A program made the position numbers and the translations under genes. A stretch of 64,000 nucleotides of DNA, from contig CM052816.1 in the NCBI GenBank assembly GCA_028534125.1, positions 73,286,001 to 73,350,000 on the forward strand, written 5' to 3'. Below are positions 1 to 12,193 of this stretch, piece by piece. Position 1 is the stretch's first letter; the number at the start of each line of letters is the position of its first letter. Below the pieces are notes generated by a model that was given only the letters and a program-made list of their open reading frames with translations, searched no databases and had not been told where the DNA came from. The DNA comes from Lama glama. Lineage: Eukaryota.

Positions 1-1061
1 TCTTGGTTGGCTTGCATTTTAGCTCAGCTTGTTGGAACGGTCTGCCCTTTGTGAGCACAAAATAGAGGTGGGTCCTGACAATGCTTCATTCCCAGTTTTG
101 AATCACTACAAATGACCCCAAGAACAAGGAAGGGAGAATTTGAGAGAAAACACCCATGGCCACACATAAAATGTTGTTGTTGTTGTTGAATAGGAAAGAG
201 TCAGTATCTCTGACCATCTTTTAACTCCTGGTAAGTTCCTTGCTATCCCTGGACGTCATTTTGTCTCCCCACCCCAATTGCACCTTACTCATTTTAGAGT
301 ATCTTTCATGGCTATTATTTTTTTTTATATTCATGAGTCTTATTCCCAGTGTCCCTGGGGCCTGGCCAGAATTCATGCATTCAGGTTCTATTTCATTATG
401 TCTCCCTGAAGTTATAAAAATTAAGCAAAAATCCTAGTGGCTTCCTCATATTAAAAATTGCTAATGAGATATATGAAAATTAGATCCTCTCTGTGATCTA
501 TATCTCACTTGTGATAACCACTGAAAAATAACATGTATGTTAAAATGGCCACTAAAATACAAGATATGATTAATCCATAAAATTAAACCATGTTCCAATC
601 CTATTTCTATAGCCGTTGGTCCTTATAATAAATATTTTTATTGTTATTCAAGAAAGTGGTAGGATACAGGTGACTGTAAGTGTTCTAGACAGATTTCCAG
701 ACATTATGAAATCTGTTTGTGATGTTGTCACATTTACTGCACGTAAGATTTAGGGAAAGTCCTATAATTTGCAGATGTTTCTCCTTTTTATTTTTGTTTT
801 GAAACATATACCTAACTATACCATGAAACTGTTGTGATAATTGAAAAAGATAAAACAGTTGGAAATGCTTTGAAAATCACAAAAATAAAGAATCAGGTTA
901 TTCTTATACAGAAGTGGAAAACGTCTGCACACGTGCAGTTAAGTCAAAATGAAGTGTGTGTATTGGTAGATGCTGTGTATTTAACATTTGTAAGATAATC
1001 GGCATCCAGTCTGAAAAGACAAAAGATACCACCTTCTATAATAAGCATCCTCACCTAACAG

Positions 1062-1127
1062 ATCAAGTTCTGTTCCAACCACGTTGGCACCTGTGGAAAT
1101 CTTTGTGTTTGATGACGACATTCTATT
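1062..1127 (+). other. candidate 66-nt internal exon (unassigned gene)
   Basis: cctcacctaacag acceptor and TT|gtaagc donor; length is a multiple of 3; the phase-2 frame reads SSSVPTTLAPVEIFVFDDDIL. No homolog recognised. Confidence 0.25.
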
Positions 1128-2559
1128 GTAAGCATCAAAGTTTCACAGGAATGAAAGAGAAAAAAGTTAGACATTGGTTTACCTGACACTGAGGCAAGTA
1201 TAAGTAAGCTAAACTTCCAGTCTCTAATAAAAAGCTGATGCTTTGTTCTCAAAAGCATTCATGACATGTTTCCTCCTTTCTCCAATGCTAAAATGGATGG
1301 AGGATTGTAGAGGTAAATAAAAGAGATAAAAGGCTTTTATTTCTATATTGTTTAATTATAGCAGCTTGAGCATATCGTTTGGTTGTCATCTAATTGAGAA
1401 GTGCATTCAATGGAAGTGGTACCCAAATTCACCTTGACACCTGATTCGTCATGGAAGATAAAAATCGAACTTTGTTTGGGTCCGTTTTAAGAACCTGGCT
1501 AAAGAGGATTTCTGTCATATCTTTTTTGATCCTTTCTTGCTTACAAAATTATACTTCACTATAATTCAGTATATAATGGTGAGGACATATGAAAGTTCTT
1601 CCCTAACAAACCTGATTATCTACTTTTTCCCAAAAGAATTCCTTTGATGTTGCATCATGGGTAGTTAGAGGGTAGCTAGCAAAAGTTAAACACAAGAAGA
1701 AAATTCTTAACATTTTTGCAACTGGAATTGCAATTTGATGAAAAATTTTGTACCAAGATTACCAAGCCTGGAAAAAGCAATGAAATAATATTGTAACTCT
1801 TGCTGGTGTTTCTCAAAATGAAATTTCCTATTTATTTATCTAATGCTGACAGAGAAATAAGTAGCTTAGCCCTTCAGTCCTCATTTAATAAAAAGTTGAA
1901 TTAGATAGGTACAAATCCACTGCCTGTGGAAGAGCAGAGGGTTTTGGATCTAGGTTTATGATACAACTTAGGCATATGCAACTGTATCTCTTTACCCGCT
2001 GCATTGTATAATATGGACCAGCGAGATTTAGCAAAGGCCATTTCCATGCTGTAATGAATGGACTAATCGTTTCTCAGTATCAGCTCCATAATGACATCAT
2101 AACATAATCGTGGCTATCCTAGTGTAGAGCGATCTGGTTTCGTGAATTTAGGTATGGCTAAAAGAGTATGTTCAATAACAGCACTTGCCAATTCATTAAG
2201 ACATTGAATTTACTGTGCCAGTTTTAAAACATTTTAGTATAGAGCATATAATAAGAACTTGTTAATCACCTAGGCGGTAGCCTGACCAGTGGGTGAAGAA
2301 ACTCAGAGTCAGAGAGTCGCAAGATTATGAGCCTAGAAGACCTCGTGGCACTCGCTCTTCCTGTGCAAGTTCATTTCCACAGTTTTAGTTCCTTATTTTC
2401 CCTCATAATGTTGTGATTGAGGATTTCTCTTTCTTAGTATTTAGCTCCTTATAAAAACTGTACCTCCGCCTCCACCCTAACTGGGTTCTTTTTACATTTT
2501 CATTTATGTCTCCTTCCTTGTCCTCCTTACTTTCGTTTCCTGGAAGCCAGATCTGGAGT

Positions 2560-2720
2560 GTCCAGCCGAAACCCTGGAGTCCTGGGCTGGAACCACAGTC
2601 TGGTCACCGCCCTTGACTGAGCATCAGTTTTTGCACGTGGGGGATGTGGCTAATACCCCTACTTCAGAGGGCTGTGTGAGGACGAGAGGGGTTAGCACGG
2701 GCAGACACCTCACAGCCAGA
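2560..2720 (+). mobile_element. MIR SINE fragment
   Basis: Resembles the MIR core and 3' part (ctgagcatcagtttttgcacgtgggggatg...taatacccctacttcagagggctgtgtgagga). Confidence 0.6.
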
Positions 2721-2849
2721 ATGCAGAAGCTCTGACAAAATGAACAGTCCTTACACTGACGTGCAGAACTTTTACATCATTAAACTTTACTTGCCAAAAG
2801 GGTTAGTTGCTTTTTATATAAATACCATATATTACCAGGTGGATTGTAT

Positions 2850-2955
2850 GCTCAGCGATGATCTGTGTTGCACACACAATCAGTATCCTTCCCCTGTCTC
2901 ACAGTGTTTTGTACACAGAAAGTAAGTCACGAGTAAGTAGATGAATGGATGAATG
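2850..2955 (+). mobile_element. L2 3' end fragment
   Basis: cagtatccttcccctgtctcacagtgttttgtacacagaaagtaagtc...atgaatggatgaatg resembles the L2 tail. Confidence 0.5.
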
Positions 2956-3484
2956 TTCTTGCTCTTGATCAGTTATTTTAGTGTGAAGGACCTTCAGTGC
3001 ACATTTGTGGGTGCATCCATTTCAGGAAGAGTAATGCAGAAGTGATGCTTTTTCAGATCTACACGACCAAGATAAAGATGATCCCTGTGGACACCGACAG
3101 GGTGCAATGTATACCTGGGAAGCTTCGGGATATTGTGAACCAAGAAACGAGTATATGTTCTAACTCTCACTTCATGCTCTATTCCCAACTAATTAGCTGC
3201 TTACCCCACTTAAATACATCAGCAAAAACATTTCCCTCAAAAATAAGCTCAATCAGGTTTTTCCTGATTTAAAAAAAAGTCTAATTTTATACACCTTATA
3301 AATAGAGAAGATGTTTTAAATTCAGCATTTCAGATTTGCAGAGTAAATTCGTATTCACTTCCACTTTGTTTCCTTTCATGAGTTAATAGCCAGGTTATGA
3401 CTATAGCAGAGAAGCAATGCGAAGAATTGCTTTCCTCTCTGACAGTGCAAACTTGAGGTTTATATGTGTGTGTTTTCCTTCCAT

Positions 3485-3597
3485 CTACTGCATGCCCGCT
3501 TCTGTTGCGTTCCGGAGGTTCCTGAGCCACCTTCTCGACAGGTATTTGATCAATTTGGCTTTGTGGTCCCTTCTATTAGTGTCCTTCCTACTCAGGT
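3485..3597 (-). other. candidate terminal-exon coding segment (unassigned)
   Basis: Minus strand: T18 tract + gctgtaag acceptor, then (D)LSRKDTNRRDHKAKLIKYLSRRWLRNLRNATEAGMQ*; the other two frames stop at once. Confidence 0.2.
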
Positions 3598-3605
3598 CTT
3601 ACAGC

Positions 3606-3673
3606 AAAAAAAAAAAAAAAAAAAGCAAAAAGCAAGCAAACAAACAAACGAAAAACCCAGCAGCAGCAGCAGC
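3606..3673 (+). repeat. poly(A) run, A-rich tail and short (CAG)n
   Basis: Seen directly: A18, aaagc/aaac units, cagcagcagcagcag. Confidence 0.9.
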
Positions 3674-5279
3674 GACAACAAGTAATGCCATAACTTTCAA
3701 AGGCCAACAGAGAGGATTTTTGGATTATCCAACTATTTGGGATAATCTTCACTCCTGATCTCCTCCATTGTTAGGATGCATAATGAGAATTTCTTGCATG
3801 TAACCTGACTTCTCTACAAAAGAGCCATAAAAATCTCTGGCCCTTAGAGCAGTTTCTTTGAATGAAATTAATTAAGAAAAAGAATTTGAGGTCCTGGGAT
3901 GGGAATCATTGCAAAGCACTTTTAAATTACAGTGTCATGACTGGATATTGGAGTAAATTCTTTGATCTCCTTTCTCGTTAACAAGATGATATGATATTTT
4001 AAAGGCAATCATTCCATTTTGAAGGTCTGCTGACATCACAAACCATCAGAGCATGGTATGGAAATAAGATACCCACTTCTCTCTGTTTCCTCTTACTGAT
4101 TTCATGCAATGACCTTGTAGTTATTAAATATAGGCCAACTTGCACTCTCAGACCTCAGGCAACCTCTTTTTTAAGTGATCGCTCACTCCCCAACATTTCT
4201 ACTAAAATTTGATGCTTCAAGATTACTTAATGGAGGCAACCAATTTATCCCTGTCCCTTGGGTGGTCCCCCAGGGCAGTTTTTGCTGTTTCAATACAATT
4301 ACAGAATGCTTCCAGGCTCTGTGAACTTGGTTATACAAGAAGGTTATGGCAACAAAGACTGTTTTCTTTGGAAAATTGTTACTAAGTGCTGACCTTCCTA
4401 AAGTATACAGCATTCTGAAAAGCCTAAGAGCCCAGATGCTTAACACTGCGCGGGGCGGTGCCAAATTCTGGAACCAAAGGCATGAGTTAAAGTGCAGGAT
4501 GCACTGAACCAAGACAAGAAGGAAGAGAACGTTCTTTCAGGAACACTTATTTCGTGTACTGTAGCCTGGATTCAAACAAAATTCCTTTGTTGACTCCCAA
4601 GTCTGTTCAGGAATGACTTTGAGTCTCAAAGATGGAGCAGAGATTGGTTCAAAGCCAGGGCGATTTTGGAGGACTGTAGTGAGACACAGGAGCTCATCTG
4701 ATGCCCGGCTGCTTTCTTGCTAAATGTCAAGGGCTTGATTCAAACAACTAAGTGTACAATCCAGTCAAAACAATGGATAAGTAAGACAAAAGGCGTTGGT
4801 TACAGCCTCAGGTTTTGCCCATATTCATTACAAGGCATCCACATGGAAGTCACATATTATTTACTGAAAAAGGCATGTTTCCTAACCTTGCAGACAGCTG
4901 TGAGGAAGGATGTTCCCTGGAGGAAGGGAGGGTCTGGGAGGGGCGGGGAGGTCAACGAGAGTCACCTCCAACCACAAACGCAATTACTGTGACAGCAGCA
5001 GCCTCCCTCCTCTTCCCCAGGAACAAAATACGACGGGATGCACTGGACACTCTTCTCCAAATCCACAGGGATCTCCCATTTCCACTCAGTTTATTTAGTT
5101 CTGTTGTGCCATGCAATAAAAACATAGAAATGAATAGGACTATAGGCCTCTCCTAGGGGTTTCATAAAGCACATTTGTAGAAACAAGTGGCCTGGGTAGA
5201 GCTTCAAGCAACTGTCTTAAAGCTAGAAAGTCAGTATTTGCAGTGATTTTGTGATACATGGATTTTACTGGAATTTTAA

Positions 5280-5570
5280 AATGCATTCACAGTAGTTTAA
5301 TAAGTGGTTATGGTGTAACCATACAACTAAAACTGTATCCAGTTAATGTTCCACAGTTACTTAAACATTGCCTTATTAATAGGCAATTGCATTAATGTCT
5401 TTCTTGTATTTTTTATTTTCTTACTACATTTTATTATATATAACGTGAATTTGCATTATCCTCCATCAAGCATTCTTCTTGTGTGAACCATTTGTAGGGC
5501 AATTCCCTAGGACAGGGATTATAGAGGCAAAGCATATGACTACTTCCGTGGCTCCTGGATATATTCAGAG
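5280..5570 (-). mobile_element. old L1 (L1ME-like) 3' fragment
   Basis: tgtagggcaattccctaggacagggattatagaggcaaagcatatg resembles the antisense L1ME 3' region. Confidence 0.5.
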
Positions 5571-6569
5571 AGCTTAGTGTTAAAGAATAATAGAAAGCAA
5601 GTAAACTGATGCTCTTTTTGATTGCTTCAGTTTGATTGCTTGAGTACAGTTTTCAACATGCTGAGAAACATAAAACAAACATTGGTAAGAGGGTATTACA
5701 GTTTTAGTGGTCCTGTTAATAATCATCTACCCTTTAAGAGAGGTCAAGCTCTCAAGGTACTTGCAGAATTGTAAAACAGATTGCTAAATAACTGTTAATT
5801 GGAAAACTTGTGGAGAGATCATGGAAAACTGGAAATACCAAAAGCTAAGAGATTATAACTTCTTATAATTGGAAACAAAATATTTTTTATAGTTTAATGC
5901 TTTCAATGATGTCCACTGAACTTGCCAAATAAAACTCTTTCGAATTTTTTCCTCACATGATGAGTGAAAAGCCTGAGAATCTGATGGAGCCTAATTTTCT
6001 GTAGTAAATAAGTATGTCCACACTTGAACTTTTGAGTGTGTAATGCAGAAGGCAAACTCTATGTGATTCTATTGTGCAGAAGTTGCTAAATGTGCCATTT
6101 TGTGACACAGGGTAACTTGGGCCAACGATACCCTGAGACTAATGCTTATTTAATTTGTGATCTATTGACTCTGTTTTTTAAAAAAAAGAATTCTAAGAGC
6201 AGACTAAGAACTCAGACATCCTCAGATTTTTGCCTCATTTATCTAAGAGTGATTTGTTTGTGGGATGTAATTATATCTACTATGACATCTCACTGCAAAT
6301 ATGTATATAATCTAAAGGGTCGAGTATCCCAGTAACTTCACTGGACCATGAAATCACCAATGACATACATATATTGACAGCTTGTGGCCAAATTCGAAAG
6401 ACTTAAATATTTAAAGATACCATACAAGTTCAGAGAATATACGATCTACAGCTTCAGCTGGTTCTAATCTACAGTATTTGCATGCTGTGAAATGCTGAAA
6501 TCACTGGAGACATATGGTGCGATAACGGGACCAACGTCGACTGCGCTCCCAACACGCTCGTCTACTGAC

Positions 6570-6720
6570 CAGTCAGGCACTGCTCTAAGCATTAACGCGT
6601 ATTAATCCCATTTGATTCTAATAAGAATTCTCTGCAGAAAATTCTATTAAGTCCCCCATTTTTATAGATGTGAATACTAAGGCATGCAGAATTTAACAGC
6701 TAGGGGAAGTGTACGCTGTT
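6570..6720 (-). mobile_element. MIR SINE
   Basis: caggcactgctctaagc...cccatttttatagatgtgaatactaaggcatgcaga is the antisense MIR core. Confidence 0.75.
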
Positions 6721-6739
6721 CAGAGATGTCAGAGGCTAG

Positions 6740-6990
6740 ATGTAGCGTAGTAAAAAGACCGTGGAGCTCCAGGTGAGAAACCGGGTTTCAAATCCCCGCT
6801 CCTCTGCTTGATACTTGTGACTTAGCAGGCCATTCCCTGGAACTCTGCTATGCAAGGCCTGGGTTAGAGTGAGACTTCTACCTGCTTGCCCTTTTAAAAC
6901 TTTTGAACTTAAAACTCTTAAAATTTCTAAGTAAAAGTTCAAAAGCAGTACTTCATAAGGTGAGTATTGTAAAATGAAAAATGACGCAAC
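6740..6990 (+). mobile_element. MIR SINE (interrupted)
   Basis: gggtttcaaatccccgctcctctgcttgatacttgtgacttagcagg and tacttcataaggtgagtattgtaaaatgaaaaatga. Confidence 0.6.
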
Positions 6991-7449
6991 TGAATTTCAA
7001 GTGTCTTTTCTTATATTTTTGTGCTTTAAAAAAATGCTCAATGACTTACAAAAGTACCCAAAAAAGCACTCTGTAATTTGGAAACCACCTTGCAAAAGTC
7101 AGCTATTGTTGCTACTCTGTGCTTTCTGTTTAGGGGTTTATGTTAATGAGACATGAAGCTTTTGCTATTTGAGTAAACATATACTGGCATAGCTTCAATT
7201 TCAGATTTTGATCAATTATTATAATATATATGAGCTAAAGTACGAAAAGCATTGTCAAGGATTATTCATTGACTAAATAATTTGTTTCAGTTCCTTCCAA
7301 GTAACCAAATTCATCCTACCTATTAAAGAGAAAACTAGGAAATTGAGCCAAAGTCTCCTCAAAGTTTATATTTGGAATAATCTACTCTGTCACTAGGCTA
7401 CAAGCTACTATCCTATACCAATCTTATCCTAGTGATTTGATTTCAGGAT

Positions 7450-7620
7450 TTAGTGTTTGAGTCAGGTAGACATGGAATTTAAACCTACCTAGGCACTATC
7501 CTTAGGTGTGTAGGCCGTGCAAATTAATCTTCCCAACTCCCAATTTATTAATCTAAAAATAGGAAGAATAATATTGAATTCCCATGCATTATTAGGAATA
7601 TGAATGAGAAAATAGAAACA
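7450..7620 (+). mobile_element. MIR SINE
   Basis: tgagtcaggtagacatggaatttaaacc...atctaaaaataggaagaataata. Confidence 0.6.
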
Positions 7621-8244
7621 AATAATAGGAATAAAGTTTTAATATGTTGTTTGACATCCTCGTTACTCAAGAATGACATCATTAAGGTACCATTTTAATG
7701 ACATGACATTTTATGACATTTTAATTACTCTTCTTTTTCTGATCAAAATGAGCAGATCTCTTAAAAATATTGTTGTAGAAACCTTCCCACCTTCCTGAAA
7801 CAGAAGACGAGAAGCCATAACTTCCAAGCTGCCCAGTGGATAATGCTGACAGCAGAGCATCAGGTTTCACCTGGAAAATTCAGTTCACTTACTCCCTTTA
7901 AAAAATAGGTAGCAGGAAGCCACTGACAATCTATTATTCTAAGTACAGTATCTAGAATCATAATATTTGATCTCAGTAGAAGTACAGGCCTGAAATTTAA
8001 AGCCTACCAAATTTCACAGGAGTTCGCCTTTATTTAGTGAACACTAGGTTTTTTCCTCTAAGGAGAAAAACAAATGTTTAAGAGAAGTCCCACATACGTT
8101 CTAGGACTGATACAATTTCATATAGAATATACATATGGAAGTGATGTTAATTAGTTTAATTCTTGGGAATTCAGAAAGCTCTCTGCCAAATGTGAAATAC
8201 CGAGTAATGGTGCAGTTCATTCCACTTGCCTCCAAATTTTAAAG

Positions 8245-8398
8245 CAGCAGTCTACAACAGGCCTGAACTTTAGAGTCTCCTGGGGAGGTTTTGAATGCCC
8301 CAGGCTCAGACCGTACCCAGAACCCCTTGGAGCAGGCATTAGTGATTTATAAAGTCCCCAGATGATTCCAGAGTGTACCCAGGACTGAGCATCTCTGC
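8245..8398. mobile_element. MER5A-like hAT-Charlie DNA transposon
   Basis: tagagtctcctggggagg...aatgccccaggct...aagtccccagatgattcca...ggactgagcatctctg matches the MER5A layout. Confidence 0.7.
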
Positions 8399-10169
8399 TT
8401 CAAGGCGGTTTCGTCCTTGTTCTCACCTTCAACCTGTTTTATAAGCATATGAGGATAAAATTTTTGAGAAACCAAGGTAGAGTACTTTTCAAGAGGAAAG
8501 GTCCCCGAGTGAATGTTTTAGAATCAATCCTTTAAGAAATGCTTATATAAAACTCTAAAGACATTACTTTTTTAAGAAATAATTGGTGGCTATTAAGGTG
8601 GTTTCGACACAGATCTCACATGATGTCAGCATCACCCCATGTCACTACTTTAAAGATGATGGAATCACCTGCTTCCATTTTCCCACTGATAAAAACCTCA
8701 TGTCAGAAGTGGGCTTGATGATTTGAGCCTCATTTAGCCATAAACACGGGAAATGACACATGATTCCGATGGATGTTTAAGAAAAGCCAAACCACTCTGT
8801 GCAGCTTTCTTTGGCCTCAATGCAAATAAACAAGAATTCATCTGTGCCCTGTTGGCATCTGATGGACCACTTTGGAACGCTCTCAAAATGTGTGCAGCAC
8901 GAACAACCACAGCTGCCGCTGGGCAGCTCAGTTGGTGGGAGCACAGACCAGGAGGCCAAGGCTGTGGGTTTGGAGGGTTTGAATTCCTTCTCTGTTCCAC
9001 GGCCACAGACTTTAACACTAGCCTCAGCCAGCTGTCCCCAAAATATGTGCCCTTGGTCATAAAGCAGACTGGGTGAGGAAATGCAGGTGAATCCATTGAA
9101 ATCTATCACCACAACTGGAAAAACAACTCCAAGTGCGTGGCCAGCTGGCTACGGAGGCGTGGCGCTGTCCTCGAGCACGAGGCACAGCCATCCCCCCATC
9201 CAGGCGCGGCTTGGCTGGCAGCCCTCTCAGCGCACTGAGAGAAGGGCGGCTCCACCTTCTACACCAGCAGTCAGCTCCTGTGTAACAGGAGGAGATCTCT
9301 CAAAGCAAATTACCTGTTGGGAAGGAATTTTGCTAGTACTCGGGGTACTTGTGTTGGTTTTCTGGTATTATTGTAAAGGCTACTTTACATTAACAAGTCC
9401 ATATCATACAAATTACATGATCAGTACTGCAAAGGGATATGGTCTGGTTTATGGCCATGGAAGGAAGGAATAAGCAGGCAATTTTTAAGACATTATTCCC
9501 AGCTGCAATCCATACTGATTTCTAAAGAACTTCAATAAACACACAAATAGAGGCACACACACATATATCTATGTCTAATACAATTTAAGAAATAACGTCT
9601 AGAGTCATTTGAATAATACTTTTAAAATGAGTGAAAAGCCTATGCTTTATGGTTTTTGTTACATGAGCGCATTGGCCCACCTTTTCAAACTTCCACAATA
9701 AAATACATACCGCCAACAAAGAGGAGATTGAATTATTATTACCCATAACTCTAAACTGAGGTAATAACCTTGTTACGGACGTTAACTGTACAAAGAATTG
9801 GATCTTACTTCTCTCTCCATCTTCCAGACTTTTATTTGCAAAAGATGAGGAAATCCAATTAGGCAGCCAGTTTGTTATTATGCTTGTTTTTGAAAGTTGT
9901 CTCTACTGAACTTTTTAGTTTGATTTTATTACAAAAATCAACATTTTTTGTAGAGAAGGGAGATGTGCTAGCAACATTACACTGAGAGGTGGGAATATGG
10001 GGTGAATAATAAGCTTGTGGCTTAGTATATAACTTTAAAATAAGTATAAAATATTTTAAGACTATTAAAATTTTTAAGTCATGGCACATAGAATGAGCTT
10101 ATTAAGAATGTATTCCCCTTGGTTCAACATGTAATCTGTTGTAGACCCACCTTCAGTGCTTACAGGTCT

Positions 10170-10460
10170 TTCAACAAAATTTTATTGAGCACCTAGAACA
10201 AGCAGTTATTCTGTCATGTGCAGGAAATACAAGCTGAGTATGATAAGGTCTCTTCCCTCCATAAAGAGCAATATCTAATGAGAAAACAAAGCCCAATTCA
10301 GCAGGTTGAGTTCTATGATAAATGTATATACTGGGGACAGTGGTGCCCCTAGGAGTAGTATTAGTCCTGCTAGGGGGACGGAGGAAAGGTCCCACAACGT
10401 GATGCTTGATTTATAATTTCTAAGAATGAGTGGCAGGTAGGCGTTGAGAGTCAAAACTGT
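10170..10460 (-). mobile_element. L2 3' fragment
   Basis: caacaaaattttattgagcacctag is the antisense L2 tail. Confidence 0.6.
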
Positions 10461-10589
10461 GCAGAGGTTCAGATCCCAGACTGTGGATCCACAAACTTTG
10501 ACTCGATTCTTGACTCTACTACCTGGATGTCGTCTTTCCATCTCTGCTCTGTTGTCGCTCATTCTTCCAAAGTAATATTCTTTATAACC

Positions 10590-11800
10590 TCAGTTCCAGT
10601 GATCATGTATTCCCAAAGGATTTATCCATCTCCAACCAAGATCACTGCTGAACTCTCCAACCATGTATCAAACTACTCATGACACAGTCCCACTTAAAGA
10701 GCTCTTAGGCGATTTAAGCTTAATATGTCCAACACGGGATGTGTCATTATTCCCAAAACGCATGATTATTTTTCTTTCCTTTTCTTTTTTCTCACTTGCG
10801 AGGTGAGTCTACCACACAACACATCACTTAAGCAGGGACCTTAGATCATTCTAGTAGTTTTCTTCATTTCTTACCATAGCTCTTTTCTCTGTATTCTGTG
10901 TAAGCTCAGTTACCTAGTATATATACACCTCCCCTCTCTTATCACTGAAACCTTGGTTAAGATTCAGGGGTTGGGGGTGCTGGTAAATTGTTGCAATATC
11001 CTCCACTGTTCCTCTACTTTTTTCCCACTTCTCAAATTTTCTTTGCTACCTTGTGTGGAAAGCTGCGATAGCCTTCGAGTCTTCCGTCTCTGGCCTGTCC
11101 TCAGCTCCATCATCTCTTCACTGCTTCCAGAGCTTCCTAAAACACCAATTTCCTCCTGTAACTCTTCAGCTCACAATCCTTCCTCTGTCCTTGGACATAA
11201 AACCTACACTATTTTCCAACCAAGGCCCATCGTAATTTTTCCTCTGACCTCTTCTCCAGCTGTGTCCCTTGTATTGCTCTTCTATTAAAGATCTTTGCTC
11301 CAGTAAGGCAGAATTACTTCCATTTCTCTGAATGCACCAGTCTCTCATATTCTGGCCCTCTCTGTCTGCCTGTCTGTCTTTAACTGTTGGTCTCTCTCTT
11401 TCTCACACGTGCCCATGAATGCACATGCACAGCCACACACACACGCAGAAACACACAAACACACCCTCTATACATTTCTACATTTGCTGTTTTTTATAGG
11501 TACACGGCACCTGCTGTTTCCTATAAGTACAATAACCTTCCCACACCCTTCTAAATGTGATAAACTTTACTTTGACCTTCAACACATTGGTCAATCTTTC
11601 AGAAAGCCTTTCTTGCTGGCTTTTGTCCCTTCCTCTAAGGTCGTCTTCAGCAGTTCATACATGACAGTAATTATTTCCTTTTCTAATTCTTCTACCAGAC
11701 TGTAAGCAATTTAAATGCATCACTGTTCTAAATAGCTACAGCAATAAACACTGTGCTTAGCACACAGCACCAACTCACTAAACATTTCCTGAAATGAAGT
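10590..11800 (+). mobile_element. L2 fragment with internal CT/CA low-complexity tract
   Basis: Pyrimidine-rich L2 body; 3' end ctaccagactgtaagc...ctgtgcttagcacacag...taaacatttcctgaaatgaa. Confidence 0.65.
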
Positions 11801-11971
11801 CAAAGACAACTCACTTAATTTCCCAGCTGGTCACCCTGTCTCTTTGTAATACAACCTCTTCTCTTTCCAAGCCTCTTGCCTGGTTCATCTTCCCTCCCCC
11901 TCACACACTGCTCCAGAACCACCAGATATTTCTCTTCTCCAAAGCCCCTTCTGTTTAGCCTTTGTCTACAG

Positions 11972-12193
11972 CAGTGCTTCTCATATGCGGATGGTTTTAC
12001 CTCCAGGGGAGTTGGAAATATCTGGAGATATTCCTGACTGTCACAAGTCAGATGACGGGGTAGCAGTGCTACTGACATCCAGTAGACAGAGATCAAGGAT
12101 GCCGGTACACATCCTACAATGCAGAGGACATCCCCCCACAATAAACAGTTAACAAGTCCAAAATGTCAACAGGGTCAAGGCCAGGAAATGCTG
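11972..12193 (+). mobile_element. MER20 DNA transposon, near full length
   Basis: cagtgcttctca...tctggagatatt...tgtcacaa...tgctactgacatccagt...catcctacaatgcagaggaca...caaaatgtcaa is colinear with the MER20 consensus. Confidence 0.9.

Noticed and set aside
7553..7562. Perfect MEF2 site CTAAAAATAG
   Set aside because: A single motif inside a decayed MIR in AT-rich DNA; expected by chance.
8734..9473. Five overlapping ORFs of 87-130 aa on both strands
   Set aside because: No recognisable domain; stop-codon scarcity is expected in this GC-richer block.
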